Part shown: piece by piece, positions 9,688 to 19,834 of the stretch
Layout: every line of letters starts with the position of its first letter
How positions within the stretch are numbered: the first letter of the stretch is position 1
Made by a program: the position numbers and the translations under genes
DNA from: a virus
Lineage: Duplodnaviria > Caudoviricetes
Reading direction: 5' to 3' (one strand)
Virus record (IMG/VR): IMGVR_UViG_3300014613_000003
Coordinates: 1-63,101 of that record
DNA: 63,101 nt
The notes under the pieces: model-generated
The model's input: the letters and a program-made list of their open reading frames with translations, nothing else
What the model was told of the DNA's origin: nothing
Database searches by the model: none

Positions 9688-11142
9688 ATGCTTGGCGATA
9701 TCACCCCTCAAACGATCCGGATTACGCCGAGCGCGGTGGCCTACCCTGGACGCGACAACATCGTCCGGCTGGCTATCGAGCGCACCGATTCGCGCGGCCT
9801 CAAGCCGGCCAACCTGGACGCCCTGACGCGCGCGGTGCTGGTCCTGCCTCAGCTGGATCCTGTGGTGTCGTTCGATTCAGTCACAGCGCCCGGCGCGCTC
9901 ACCTGGTCGGGCAATGTACTGACGGTCGACCTGTCCGACTACGCCATGCCGGCGTCTACACAGCCGTGCTACCTGATCGTGTATGACGCGGAGCACCCCG
10001 ACGGGCAAGTGCTGGTCGACGACGTAGATGCGGTGCTGGCGCTGACCTTCCGGAACATCGCAGCTACGGGCACACTGCCGCCGCCAGCGGTGGACGTGGT
10101 GCTCGATGCGCCAACAGACGGCACTAGCTACATGCGCAGGGATGGTGCGTGGGTACAGGCGGCCAGTGCTGGCGTTCAGTCGTTCAATGGGCGCGGTGGC
10201 GCGGTGCTGCTGCTGTCCTCGGACATAGCGGAGGCACTTGGCTTCACGCCGGCCACCGCTGCGCAGGGCGCCAAAGCCGACACTGCCGTACAGCCGGAGG
10301 CGCTAGCCGCCGTGGCCACCAGTGGCGCCTATGCGGATCTAGGCGGGAAACCGTTCATACCGACCGATGCGGGCGACGTGGGCGCTGCTACGGCCGCACA
10401 AGGCGCCAAGGCCGACACCGCAGTACAACCGCAGGCGCTGACCGATGGCCTGGCGGCGAAAGTCGACAAGGTTGTCGGCAAGCAGCTTAGCGACGAGAAC
10501 TACACCAGCGCGGAGAAGACGAAGCTCGCCGGGCTGGAGGCTGCGCACTACCGCGGCACGTATGTGAACTTTACCGCGCTGAACACGGCCGTTCCGAGCG
10601 GGGCAGCGGGCGACTACGCCGACGTGGACGCAGGCGCAGGTTCGCCTGTGCTGCGGTACATGTGGGACGCGAACGACAACGAGTGGGTGGCGCAGGCCGG
10701 CAGTGCTGATCCAATCACCGCCGCTCAGGTCAAGTCGCTGTACGAGTCCAACGCGGACACGAACGCGTTCACGGATACCGAGAAGACCAAGCTCGGCGGC
10801 ATCGCAGCGGGCGCGACAGCGAACGCCAGTACCGACACCCTGGTCGAGGGCGCGACGAACTTGTACCACACCGCTGCGCGCGTACGTGGCGTGGTGCTGA
10901 CCGGACTGAGCCTACTGACCAGCACAGCGGTAGCCGCTACAGACACCGTGCTAGTGGCGTTCGGTAAGTTACAGGCGCAGATCAACGCACTGACGATGAC
11001 CCTATCGAACAAGGTCGACGTGGTGGTCGGCAAGCAGCTGTCCACTGAGGACTACACCAGCGCAGAAAAGCAGCTGCTTGCCGACACCGCTGCGTCGCTT
11101 GGAGACATAGAAGCGGCGCTTATTGCGATCAACGGGGAATGA
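9688..11142 (+). CDS. Tail/head fibre-like protein with internal repeats
   Basis: DAPTDGTSYMRRDGAW, VQSFNGRGGAV, 2x ATAAQGAKADTAVQP, 2x KVD.VVGKQLS.E.YTSAEK. Confidence 0.75.
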   Translation: MLGDITPQTIRITPSAVAYPGRDNIVRLAIERTDSRGLKPANLDALTRAVLVLPQLDPVVSFDSVTAPGALTWSGNVLTVDLSDYAMPASTQPCYLIVYDAEHPDGQVLVDDVDAVLALTFRNIAATGTLPPPAVDVVLDAPTDGTSYMRRDGAWVQAASAGVQSFNGRGGAVLLLSSDIAEALGFTPATAAQGAKADTAVQPEALAAVATSGAYADLGGKPFIPTDAGDVGAATAAQGAKADTAVQPQALTDGLAAKVDKVVGKQLSDENYTSAEKTKLAGLEAAHYRGTYVNFTALNTAVPSGAAGDYADVDAGAGSPVLRYMWDANDNEWVAQAGSADPITAAQVKSLYESNADTNAFTDTEKTKLGGIAAGATANASTDTLVEGATNLYHTAARVRGVVLTGLSLLTSTAVAATDTVLVAFGKLQAQINALTMTLSNKVDVVVGKQLSTEDYTSAEKQLLADTAASLGDIEAALIAINGE

Positions 11143-11143
11143 C

Positions 11144-12886
11144 ATGACGATCGCTGATGAGCTTACACTGCTATCGAACACCAAGAGCGCCGTAGCCGCG
11201 GCGATAGAGGCCAAGGGTGTCACTGTGGGGGCGATACCGTTCTCCCAGTACCCCACGAAGATAGCTGAGATCACTGGCGGCGGAGGCGGTGGAGAACTCC
11301 AGCCACTGCCACCTGCGCTGGGGGCGATACTACCCACACTGGCACCCGTCTTGACGGCCAGCTCGGCCGCGCTGATAGACGACGATGGGGTGCTGCTGTA
11401 CAAGACTGCTACCACCGGGCCGGATAAGGTTCTGGGCGACTGGTACTCGACGCGCAAGCTACTGGCCGCCATGGTCGTATGGGACGAGAAGCAGGCCGTG
11501 TGGGAGAGCGAGCTGGTAACCATCACCGGGGCTGACATAAATACACAGCCGTCTGGGGAGTGGTCTAGCGGCCTGCTCGACGGCGACCAGATAACATGGA
11601 AAGACATAGTCGGGCTGATGCTAATACCGTCAAAGTCGGACGTGGCGGCCACGGTTACCCGCGTGCTAGGGCAGCACCTGATCGACAAATACGGGACGGG
11701 GGCCGATACGCAGCAGGCAATTGGGTATTGGATGGGCATGGCCGCCGCACAGGCTGGGGCGCCAAACCTCATAGCGCTCACGAACGACGCCTCGGTTTCT
11801 GGGGAGTACATCGCAACGCAGCTGACCAGTTCCAAACGCAGCATGGCGCTGGTCATCCGCAGGCTGGTTGCGGACTACCCGACGCTGGTATCCCTGATGC
11901 AGCAGCGCAGCGTTACGGTAAACGTCGTTGGGCCGAACCCAAAGACGCTTACGTTTCCGAGCATGGACCGATTGCAGAACGTACTTACGTCGGCTGGCGT
12001 AGAGGCCGACAGCAGCGTGCCAGGGTACATCGCAGGCAAGACCGGCGACGCAGGAGAGGTGGGCCACCAAGTCTTTGGTGCGGACATGCCGTCTGGGAAA
12101 AAGGTGTTCGGTGTAGTGCGCGCCAGCACTACTCGGGATAACCGTGCCCAGGACATTCGCAGGTTGCTAATGGCGGCTGAGAACCATTTCCCACACCTAC
12201 GATCGGCTGAGGTTGCAGCTGATCCGCACGCAGCAGCGGTAGGTCTGAGGATAAAGGCTAGCCTTCCGGCCACTGATAGCAGCCCCAACGCAAGGACGAT
12301 ATTCAACGCCGGTGTCACCAGCGAGGCGTCCGCGTACATGGACGGCACAGCGCTGCTGTTTAGCAGTGATTACTTGCGGGTAGACGGCGGCGCGCCGGTA
12401 TTGGGGGCGTCGGACTTTACGGTCGAGGTATTCCTGCGAGGCGCTGGGTTGACTCAGCCCACCACTACAGACCTGTTCGGGCAGTGGCGCACGGTTACTG
12501 GTGGGAGGAACTGGGCTATTCAGCTCAGCAGCACGGAGATCATCTTTTGGTACTCCATCGATGGATCAGACTCCTACTCGGTGCGTTTCCCCGTTAGCCG
12601 CACGTTCCTCCTCAACGGCGCCCCAACGCACATAGTCGTCATGCGGCAAGGCAACTCGCTGGTGCTGTTCGTAAACGGTCAGCCATCACCGGTGACGAAT
12701 ATAGGCACCACCTCCTTCTATAGTGCTGCAACCAGCAGCGTAATGGTCGGCGCTAGGATCAGTGCTGGCGGAGATGCGGAGAATTACTTTAACGGCCTAA
12801 TTGACGAGGCGATTCTGACCGTTGGCGTAGCACGATATCCGCTGACCGGGTTCAGGTCGCGATATCGCGCGAATCGCTGGGGGTAG
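11144..12886 (+). CDS. Tail-associated protein: PBP/DD-carboxypeptidase-like serine domain plus C-terminal LamG/concanavalin A-like domain
   Basis: STRK (SxxK), LMLIPSKSD (SxN position), IAGKTG (KTG); DFTVEVF...HIVVMRQGNSLVLFVNG...YFNGLIDE. Confidence 0.75.
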   Translation: MTIADELTLLSNTKSAVAAAIEAKGVTVGAIPFSQYPTKIAEITGGGGGGELQPLPPALGAILPTLAPVLTASSAALIDDDGVLLYKTATTGPDKVLGDWYSTRKLLAAMVVWDEKQAVWESELVTITGADINTQPSGEWSSGLLDGDQITWKDIVGLMLIPSKSDVAATVTRVLGQHLIDKYGTGADTQQAIGYWMGMAAAQAGAPNLIALTNDASVSGEYIATQLTSSKRSMALVIRRLVADYPTLVSLMQQRSVTVNVVGPNPKTLTFPSMDRLQNVLTSAGVEADSSVPGYIAGKTGDAGEVGHQVFGADMPSGKKVFGVVRASTTRDNRAQDIRRLLMAAENHFPHLRSAEVAADPHAAAVGLRIKASLPATDSSPNARTIFNAGVTSEASAYMDGTALLFSSDYLRVDGGAPVLGASDFTVEVFLRGAGLTQPTTTDLFGQWRTVTGGRNWAIQLSSTEIIFWYSIDGSDSYSVRFPVSRTFLLNGAPTHIVVMRQGNSLVLFVNGQPSPVTNIGTTSFYSAATSSVMVGARISAGGDAENYFNGLIDEAILTVGVARYPLTGFRSRYRANRWG

Positions 12887-13000
12887 CGAAAAAGTCCGTA
12901 TCGCGTGGCCGCCTGATTTAGGTCAATGAAAACTGACGCGCCAAATTGCGTACATCTATACTTGTGCAATCATAGCGCCACTACCTGCGGCATGCCCCCG

Positions 13001-13026
13001 GCCCGCTCACCAGCGGGCTTTCTTTT
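13001..13026 (+). terminator. Rho-independent terminator
   Basis: GCCCGCT-cacc-AGCGGGC followed by a T-rich tail. Confidence 0.8.
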
Positions 13027-13039
13027 GCCCGATCGAGGC

Positions 13040-13067
13040 TTGACCAGGCTTCGCAGTCACATAGCGT
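13040..13067 (+). promoter_or_regulatory. Late-type promoter copy 3 (TTGACC-N16-TAGCGT)
   Basis: Conserved motif upstream of the tail operon. Confidence 0.75.
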
Positions 13068-13099
13068 CCTCGGCATATTCACCACCGCAGGGCTGACGG

Positions 13100-14281
13100 A
13101 TGAAGACCATCCGCCGCGACAGCTGGCCGCTAGGCGCCAACAACGTAGCGAAACCCAACCGCCTGCCCGAAGGGGCTGTGCGCGATAGCGTGAACCTGGA
13201 TCCGAGCGCTGAGGGTCTGTTTTCGCTGCGTGCCGGCTTTGAGCGTGTGCTGGAGGGCGCCGATATCCGCCACGCTACGGCGATCGGCGACCGCATTGTC
13301 TTCGTCGACGGCCTGGCTGTGCGCGCCTACAACACCAGCACCGACGAAGTGGTCGAGCTGGGGGCGCTGCGCTCACTGGCTGGCATTGCCAGCGCCGTGC
13401 TTAACGGCCAGGTCTATCTGTGCTCGATGACTGACAGTCTGCGCACCGATGGTGTGACGCTGAGCCAGTGGGGCGTCACGGCGCCTGGATTCACCCTGGA
13501 GGTGATCGAGGGGAATCTACCGGCCGGCGTCTACAAGTTCGGCGTTACGGCGATCGGTGACAGTGGCGAGGAGTCCGGTACCGAGCCGGTCATCGTCACG
13601 CTGCCGGGCGGGTCGGGCGTGCGCCTGGTCACGGATGATGCGCGCCCGCTGCGCATGTACGCCTCGGTCGCCAATGGCTCGACCCTCTACTACCAATGCC
13701 TGCTGATCGGCTCGCAGGCGCTCACGCGCGTGACTGACGACGCCGAACGACTGACCACCGCAGGCCTGGTGCCTTTGCCGTGCTGCGACGAGCTGACGGC
13801 CTTCCATGGCGTCATTGTGGGGCGGGTCGGCAAGTACGTGTTCCACACCGCGCCCATGCACCCGCACCTGATGGATCCGGTTAGCGGGTTCTTCCAGTAC
13901 GGCGCCGAGCCTACGGTCTTGGCAGCCACTGACGGCGGCGTGTTCGTGGTCGCCGATCGCACCTACTTCCTTACAGGCCTGGAAACGGCGCCTCAGCAAC
14001 GCATGGTGCTGGACATGGGCGCGGTCGAGGGCTCGGCCGTCTCGCTGCCGGATGGTCGCGTGGCCTGGTTCACCCGCTACGGCCAAGCCATCGGCACCCC
14101 TGACGGGCAAGTCCTCCTACCGAACCGCAGCACCTACGCGCCCGACCTGGCGGCGCAGGGTGCGGCGGGCGTTCTCGATCATGCCGGTAGCCAGATGATC
14201 GTCACCAACATGCGCGGCGCCACGCACCCCAACAACCTCGCTACCGGCGACTTCGCCGACCTGGAGACAGGCAATGACTGA
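13100..14281 (+). CDS. Tail structural protein (nozzle/stabiliser-like)
   Basis: WPLGANN...LPEGAVRDSVNLD N-terminus resembles podovirus tail nozzle proteins; beta-rich. Confidence 0.6.
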   Translation: MKTIRRDSWPLGANNVAKPNRLPEGAVRDSVNLDPSAEGLFSLRAGFERVLEGADIRHATAIGDRIVFVDGLAVRAYNTSTDEVVELGALRSLAGIASAVLNGQVYLCSMTDSLRTDGVTLSQWGVTAPGFTLEVIEGNLPAGVYKFGVTAIGDSGEESGTEPVIVTLPGGSGVRLVTDDARPLRMYASVANGSTLYYQCLLIGSQALTRVTDDAERLTTAGLVPLPCCDELTAFHGVIVGRVGKYVFHTAPMHPHLMDPVSGFFQYGAEPTVLAATDGGVFVVADRTYFLTGLETAPQQRMVLDMGAVEGSAVSLPDGRVAWFTRYGQAIGTPDGQVLLPNRSTYAPDLAAQGAAGVLDHAGSQMIVTNMRGATHPNNLATGDFADLETGND

Positions 14282-14789
14282 TGAACTGCGCATCCGTGGC
14301 TTTCGCCATGAGCTGCAAATCGTGGACCTTGCGAGCGGCGAAATCGTCGATCGGGAGGTGGTTTACAACCGGATCCCGCAAGCCGGGCTCGACTTCCTGA
14401 TTCAGGCGCCGTTCGGCGACGTGCCGTCAATTGGCGCGCTCTACTGCGGCCTGTACACGAACAACTACCTGCCGACGGCCAACACCACCGCCGCCGATAT
14501 CCCGGCCGTGATGGGCGAGTTCGTCAACTACAGCGAGGCCACGCGCCCGCTATGGGATCGCGCCTACAACGCGGCCGGCATCATGGACAACGTGAACAGC
14601 AAAGCCGTGTTCACGCCGCAGGCGGACGCCTCGGTCTACGGCTCGTTCATCGTCTCCAACCAGACCAAGGGCGCCAACTCCGGCCTGCTGCTGTCGGTGG
14701 CGCGTTTCAACACCATCAAGCCGCTGTCGGCCGGGCAGGAGGCCCGTCTGCTGTGTGGCCTGACCTACATCCCAACCAGTGCAATCTGA
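14274..14789 (+). CDS. Virion structural protein
   Basis: Coupled ORF in the tail operon with good codon bias. Confidence 0.6.
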   Translation: MTDELRIRGFRHELQIVDLASGEIVDREVVYNRIPQAGLDFLIQAPFGDVPSIGALYCGLYTNNYLPTANTTAADIPAVMGEFVNYSEATRPLWDRAYNAAGIMDNVNSKAVFTPQADASVYGSFIVSNQTKGANSGLLLSVARFNTIKPLSAGQEARLLCGLTYIPTSAI

Positions 14790-14800
14790 CGTTTTTTAAA

Positions 14801-14816
14801 GGGACTGATTAGTCCC
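14801..14816. promoter_or_regulatory. GGGAC-N6-GTCCC palindrome
   Basis: GGGACtgattaGTCCC, intergenic. Confidence 0.6.
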
Positions 14817-14846
14817 ATAACGCACCGACCCTAAAGGAATCCTCAG

Positions 14847-15287
14847 ATGATTAAACCCAGTACCGGGGCGCGTGAAGGCATGGCCGTTACCGCCCCGCTT
14901 CGCACGCTGCTGAACAACGGTCTTGTCCGCATCTACGCCGGCGCTGTTCCGGTTTCCGCCGATGCGGCCCTCGGCGGCGCTGTGCTGCTGTGCGAGATCA
15001 GCGCCGGCGGTACCGGCACCGGCCTGACCTTCGAGCCGACAGCGCCAGGCGGCGTGCTCAGCAAGAACATTGCCGAGAACTGGACGGGCAACAACCTGGC
15101 CGACGGGACGCCAACCTTCTTCCGTCATGTCGTGGTCGGCGATGCGGGCGATGCCAGCACCACGGCTGTGCGGATCCAGGGCACCGTCGGCGGTCCTGGC
15201 GAGGACATGGTGATTACGGAGCTGCCGTTGGTCAGTGGTGCGCCGCAAACCTTCGACCTCTACAAGCTCGCCATTCCGGAGCAGTAA
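14847..15287 (+). CDS. Virion structural protein
   Basis: AAGGA RBS; IYAGAVP.SADAA and GTPTFFR motifs common in tail proteins. Confidence 0.65.
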   Translation: MIKPSTGAREGMAVTAPLRTLLNNGLVRIYAGAVPVSADAALGGAVLLCEISAGGTGTGLTFEPTAPGGVLSKNIAENWTGNNLADGTPTFFRHVVVGDAGDASTTAVRIQGTVGGPGEDMVITELPLVSGAPQTFDLYKLAIPEQ

Positions 15288-15290
15288 GCC

Positions 15291-17174
15291 ATGCCTAACC
15301 GCCTGCAAAAGGTGCCGATAACGGTCTACGTGCCGGCGGTTACGGCTATCCCGTCGCGTGCCGCCTATTGCGTGACGAGGCGCGTGCTAAGCGGCTACAA
15401 GCAATCCAGTGGCGGTTCGAGCTACGGCAGCTACAGCGTCGTCTACGTGCCGCCCAATCCGTTGACCATGAGCCAGGGCAGCTACCTGTCGCTGCCTAAT
15501 ATGAGCGGCTATGCCGGCGTCGGCAGCAGCCTCTACACCGGCAGCCCGCTAACGCCAACCTACCGCAACGTCCAGACCTGTTACCCGGCAGTCGCGGGGC
15601 GCGCCGCTAAGCCAGCACGCACGGACTACTACGCCAATGCCGGCTGGAATGCCGGGGCGCGCAGCGTCAAAGCGGTGCCGGACAATGCGCGGTTCAGCTG
15701 CGTGATGCCAAAGGCGCCAGTGGCGGTCATGGTCGGGCTCACGGATCGCACGTTTAACCACACCTACGGCTATATGTCGCACGCGATGGTGGTACGCCAG
15801 TCGGGCTACACCATCGTTGAGCGCGGCATCGCCAAGAAACCCGAAACCAGCATTCCGCCAGGTGCGACCATCCAGATTGACCGGATGGGCGGTGTGGTGC
15901 GCTACCGGATCAATGACAACCTGGTCTATACCTCGGAATCGCTGTCGACGGGCGACGTATATGCCGGCGCCCTGCTGTACAGCCTTAACGACTACGTGGA
16001 AGACGCGGCGATTGAATCGCTGGGTACCAGCATCCGGTTCTCTGCCAGGCTGCCGAAGATCCGCGCGCTGATATCAGACACCTCGCGTATGTACCTGGAC
16101 GCGGAACTGCCCATGTATCGCCTGTCGGCGGTGCTCAAGCGCCAGCGCGGGATTATCAGCTTTAGCGGTGCTCTGCCGGCTGTTGTCGGCCTGATAAGCG
16201 ATCGCCCGCTGGCCATGGTGAACGGCACGCTTCCAGCGCTACGTCTGACGGCTACGCTGGGGCGCCCTGAGCGCGTCCCGTCCCAAGTGTGGGGGCTCGT
16301 GCCGGCTATCACGCTGTCGGCTCAGCTGCGCAGCGGCAAGACCGGCCAGGTTGACGCGACCATGCCGGCGATCAAGGCGCTTATCAGTGATCGGCCGCTG
16401 ATGATGGTTAACGGCACGCTGCCCGTCCGGCTGTCACTCCAGGCGGTGCCGTCCTACATGCCGGCCGGCGAGATAGACGGATTCGATGGCCTGGTATCGG
16501 CCGACGACGCACAGCTGGAAACCGCGTTGCTGCTGCTGGCGATCGACTCGCTGGACGTGGCATCGAGCGCGGCTGAGCTGATCGTGGTGCTGGAGCTGAC
16601 CGCCCTAGACGAGCTGTCACTCGGCGATCAGGCGACGTTCGGGCAGATTGTCGAGCTGCTGGCGCGCGAGCAGATCATGGTCAACAGCTCGGCCTTTGCC
16701 GCACAGCGCCAGGCGTTGCAATACGCGGTGAACGCGGCAAGCGGTGCGCTGACGACCTACCAGGGCTTTGACTTTCAGGGCTACACCACCGGGCGTGATG
16801 CGACCTACGCCTGGAAGGCTGACGGCCTCTACCGGATTGGCGCCGGTACCGACAACGGCGCGCTGATAAGCGCCCTGCTGGACTTTGGCACCACCGACTA
16901 CGGCAACAGCCAGATCAAGCGCTCGGACATGGCCTATATCGGCGTGCGTACCGATGGGCAGTGCTTCCTGCGCGTCCAGGCCGATGCCGGCCCCGATCGC
17001 ATCTACCGCGTCCAGGGCGAAAGCAACGTCCGCCGGGCGCAGCTGGCCAAGGGTGTGGCTGGGCGCTACTGGTCGGTCAAGCTGGAGCTGACTGATGTTT
17101 CATTCGCCGAGGTCGACGCAATCGAACTCGCCATAGGTACAACCCAACGCCGAGGCTTTGGGGCCAGGAGCTGA
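15291..17174 (+). CDS. Tail structural protein
   Basis: 627-aa ORF in the tail operon; repeated LP...ISDRPL.MVNGTLP units. Confidence 0.6.
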   Translation: MPNRLQKVPITVYVPAVTAIPSRAAYCVTRRVLSGYKQSSGGSSYGSYSVVYVPPNPLTMSQGSYLSLPNMSGYAGVGSSLYTGSPLTPTYRNVQTCYPAVAGRAAKPARTDYYANAGWNAGARSVKAVPDNARFSCVMPKAPVAVMVGLTDRTFNHTYGYMSHAMVVRQSGYTIVERGIAKKPETSIPPGATIQIDRMGGVVRYRINDNLVYTSESLSTGDVYAGALLYSLNDYVEDAAIESLGTSIRFSARLPKIRALISDTSRMYLDAELPMYRLSAVLKRQRGIISFSGALPAVVGLISDRPLAMVNGTLPALRLTATLGRPERVPSQVWGLVPAITLSAQLRSGKTGQVDATMPAIKALISDRPLMMVNGTLPVRLSLQAVPSYMPAGEIDGFDGLVSADDAQLETALLLLAIDSLDVASSAAELIVVLELTALDELSLGDQATFGQIVELLAREQIMVNSSAFAAQRQALQYAVNAASGALTTYQGFDFQGYTTGRDATYAWKADGLYRIGAGTDNGALISALLDFGTTDYGNSQIKRSDMAYIGVRTDGQCFLRVQADAGPDRIYRVQGESNVRRAQLAKGVAGRYWSVKLELTDVSFAEVDAIELAIGTTQRRGFGARS

Positions 17175-17176
17175 AC

Positions 17177-18121
17177 ATGGCAACAATCGACGACAACATC
17201 ACCCAGCTGTTCGACTTCGCCAATGACGCGATGGTGTCGGCGCGCCAGACGGCCAGCCGGATCAACAGTCTTACGCCGGCGATCGGCTCGGCCACGCTGA
17301 ACTACACCGCCACCAAGCCGAACATGCCGCTACCGCAGTCGTTGGGCGATCTGCTGGCGCCGGACAACAGCGCGTCGACCATCCAGTTCCTGAACAGCGA
17401 GAGCGAGAAGTGGCTGGATAAGTTCTTTCCCGAGCTGCAAGCGTGCCTACGCAGCGCGCCCGAGGAATGGCTGTGCGGGATCATCACCGGGCAAAAGCCG
17501 TTCGGGCTCAGCAAGGAAGTGTTCGACGCCATCTGGCACGAGGGCCGCGACCGTGAGTACCGAGGGCGCAACAGTGCGGTGCGCCAGCTCAACGCCGAGT
17601 TCTCGTCCCGTGGGTTCAGCCTGCCGATCGGCGCCCACGTTGCCGCCATTACGCGCGCAGAGGAGGCCGCATCGGACGCCATCGGCCAGGTGAACCGCGA
17701 GCAGATGACCCGCGAGGCTGAGATTAAGCTGGATCTGCTGAAATTCGCCGAGAGCGAAGCGCTCAAGCTGAAAACCGGCGTGCTCAATGCTATGGCTGAC
17801 TTCTACCGGCAGTGGATCGAGCTACCGAACAAGGATCTGGAAGCCAGCAAGATCAAAACGCAGGCCTATGCGACGTTCCAGGGTGCGCTGTCGGATTACC
17901 ACCGGGTCAACCTGGGGTTCGAGGAGCTGCGCCTGCAAGCGGCGAGCCTGCGTCTGAACGGTAAGCTGGACGAGTCGCGCCTGAAAGTGGCGCTGGCCAC
18001 CGGCGACAACCGTAACAGCGCCGTCGCGCAAGCCACCAATGCCTTTGCCGAAGTGGCAGCCGCAGCAGCGGGCGCCGCGTCGACCCTCACCGCCGACGTT
18101 ACGACGGGCTCCGGCGCGTGA
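17177..18121 (+). CDS. Virion structural protein (helical, coiled coil)
   Basis: AGGAG RBS; tail operon context. Confidence 0.6.
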   Translation: MATIDDNITQLFDFANDAMVSARQTASRINSLTPAIGSATLNYTATKPNMPLPQSLGDLLAPDNSASTIQFLNSESEKWLDKFFPELQACLRSAPEEWLCGIITGQKPFGLSKEVFDAIWHEGRDREYRGRNSAVRQLNAEFSSRGFSLPIGAHVAAITRAEEAASDAIGQVNREQMTREAEIKLDLLKFAESEALKLKTGVLNAMADFYRQWIELPNKDLEASKIKTQAYATFQGALSDYHRVNLGFEELRLQAASLRLNGKLDESRLKVALATGDNRNSAVAQATNAFAEVAAAAAGAASTLTADVTTGSGA

Positions 18122-19833
18122 TAGTTCGCCGCACCAACTCGCCAGCCGGCGCCTACCTGCTCAAGCGGGCGGTTCAGCTGGCTGAGCGCATCAAGGTCAA
18201 GTACGGTCGCAAGACTGAGATTATCGACGGCTACCTGGTGGAGGGTAAGCGGTCCAAGGATCGGTTGACGGCCTCGGTGCTGGATCTGCCGGGCACGCTA
18301 TTGACGTTTGGCCCTGGCTCACCTGTCGATCCAGGGTTGTACGGGCGGTATGACGGGCCGCTGCGCGAGAGCTTTGACCCGCGCCTGGCTATCCCGCTCA
18401 GCGTCTCCGCCGAGAGCGTGGACGGCGTGCCGCCGGGCGTTGTGATCGGTTTAGGCAAGCCGATGGACAACCCCGTGCTAGTGGCAGAGGCGAGCGCCCA
18501 TGAAGCGGATGGCTGCCTGGTGGCGCCCGCGATACTGGCAAGCCAGCCGATTAACGCCAGCTGGACGGGCGTGTCGCCTGACACGACGCTTTGGCTGCTG
18601 TTCAAGGCGTTCGGCAGCGCCGCACTGCCCAGCGTAAGCATCGACGATGCGACTGTTCGCCAGCTGACGGGCGGTTATGACCTGGTAGCGCGTGACCTTT
18701 CGGGCCAGAGCCAGCTGCGCGGCTCACCATTTGTTGCGTGCTACCAGCTGGGCACCGCCCTTTACGTGGCGGTCCCCGTAGAAAGAATGGATGGCAGCTT
18801 GCCGATCGGGGCGTGCTGGGTATTTGCACTTACGCCAGGGATCGTCAACGGCGAATCCGTAATGGGAATAGCCTGGCACCGCCTGATCGAGCTGGCAGAT
18901 ATGGGCGCCGCTACCCTCACGCCAGCCGGGCTAGGCGGCAGTCTCGACCTGTTGGCGATCGCCGCGCGCAACCTGCCGGACATTGGCGTGGAGGTGACGG
19001 TGACGGGCCGCGCCCGCGTGGTGCGCTCTACGTCAGGCATGGCCGTCGATAACCATCTATGCACGGGGCGACTGTTTGCGCAGTTCCTGAACGGCGCCGC
19101 GCCGAGCGTGACGGCGACTGATTTGGATGTTCTAGGGGGCGCTGACAATCCATTGATCGGTGCAACCGGCGCTGACCCCGCCAAGTTCTACTGCATGGTC
19201 ACGGGCGACGTGCTGTTGCCGTATTCGGGCGGTCTGGTTGAGCACAGCGGCTTCATTGCGGGTGATCGCAAACCGATGGATGAGGGCGTGCTGTCGGCCA
19301 CCGTGGCCGTAGAGCGGTCAAAGATGGTCACGAAGGCCGCAGGCAAGACGACCACGCAATACAGCAACAGCCTGGGGTGGGGCGTGACGGATGCCCAAGT
19401 GGGCGGCGGCGTATGGTCCCGCATAGATGGCGCCATCGCGCGGGTGATCGGTTTTGCGTCGACCGTGCGCGGCGGCCAAGCGTACAGCTACATGATTCGA
19501 GACGGTTACTCCAACGTCGGCGCCGGCCTGGTGACGCCTGACGGCGTGGTGGAGGTGTATTCGCCGAACATCCCGACCGTTCAGCTACAGCTGAGCATCT
19601 ACCAGCGCGAAGTGACTGACGCTGACGGCAAGGTTCTATGCCCGTTCGGCGCTGTCGTGACAGCGGTTGACCTGTCTGACCAGACACCCAAGATCGCCCT
19701 CGCAAAGGGCAGCTTCACCGGCCTAGCCTTCGTTGTTGCGCCTGCATACGCCCGGCAGGGCACGTATTATCTGGGCAACCCACTTGCGGCACGCGCCTAT
19801 GGCGAGCTATTCGCACCCACTCAGGAAAATTGA
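18118..19833 (+). CDS. Putative tail protein
   Basis: 571-aa ORF coupled by GTGA overlap. Confidence 0.55.
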   Translation: MIVRRTNSPAGAYLLKRAVQLAERIKVKYGRKTEIIDGYLVEGKRSKDRLTASVLDLPGTLLTFGPGSPVDPGLYGRYDGPLRESFDPRLAIPLSVSAESVDGVPPGVVIGLGKPMDNPVLVAEASAHEADGCLVAPAILASQPINASWTGVSPDTTLWLLFKAFGSAALPSVSIDDATVRQLTGGYDLVARDLSGQSQLRGSPFVACYQLGTALYVAVPVERMDGSLPIGACWVFALTPGIVNGESVMGIAWHRLIELADMGAATLTPAGLGGSLDLLAIAARNLPDIGVEVTVTGRARVVRSTSGMAVDNHLCTGRLFAQFLNGAAPSVTATDLDVLGGADNPLIGATGADPAKFYCMVTGDVLLPYSGGLVEHSGFIAGDRKPMDEGVLSATVAVERSKMVTKAAGKTTTQYSNSLGWGVTDAQVGGGVWSRIDGAIARVIGFASTVRGGQAYSYMIRDGYSNVGAGLVTPDGVVEVYSPNIPTVQLQLSIYQREVTDADGKVLCPFGAVVTAVDLSDQTPKIALAKGSFTGLAFVVAPAYARQGTYYLGNPLAARAYGELFAPTQEN

Positions 19834-19834
19834 T

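Noticed and set aside
10250-11070. Duplicated segments in the fibre gene as DGR template/variable repeats or an invertible cassette
   Set aside because: No reverse transcriptase or invertase in the genome; differences look synonymous rather than adenine-specific
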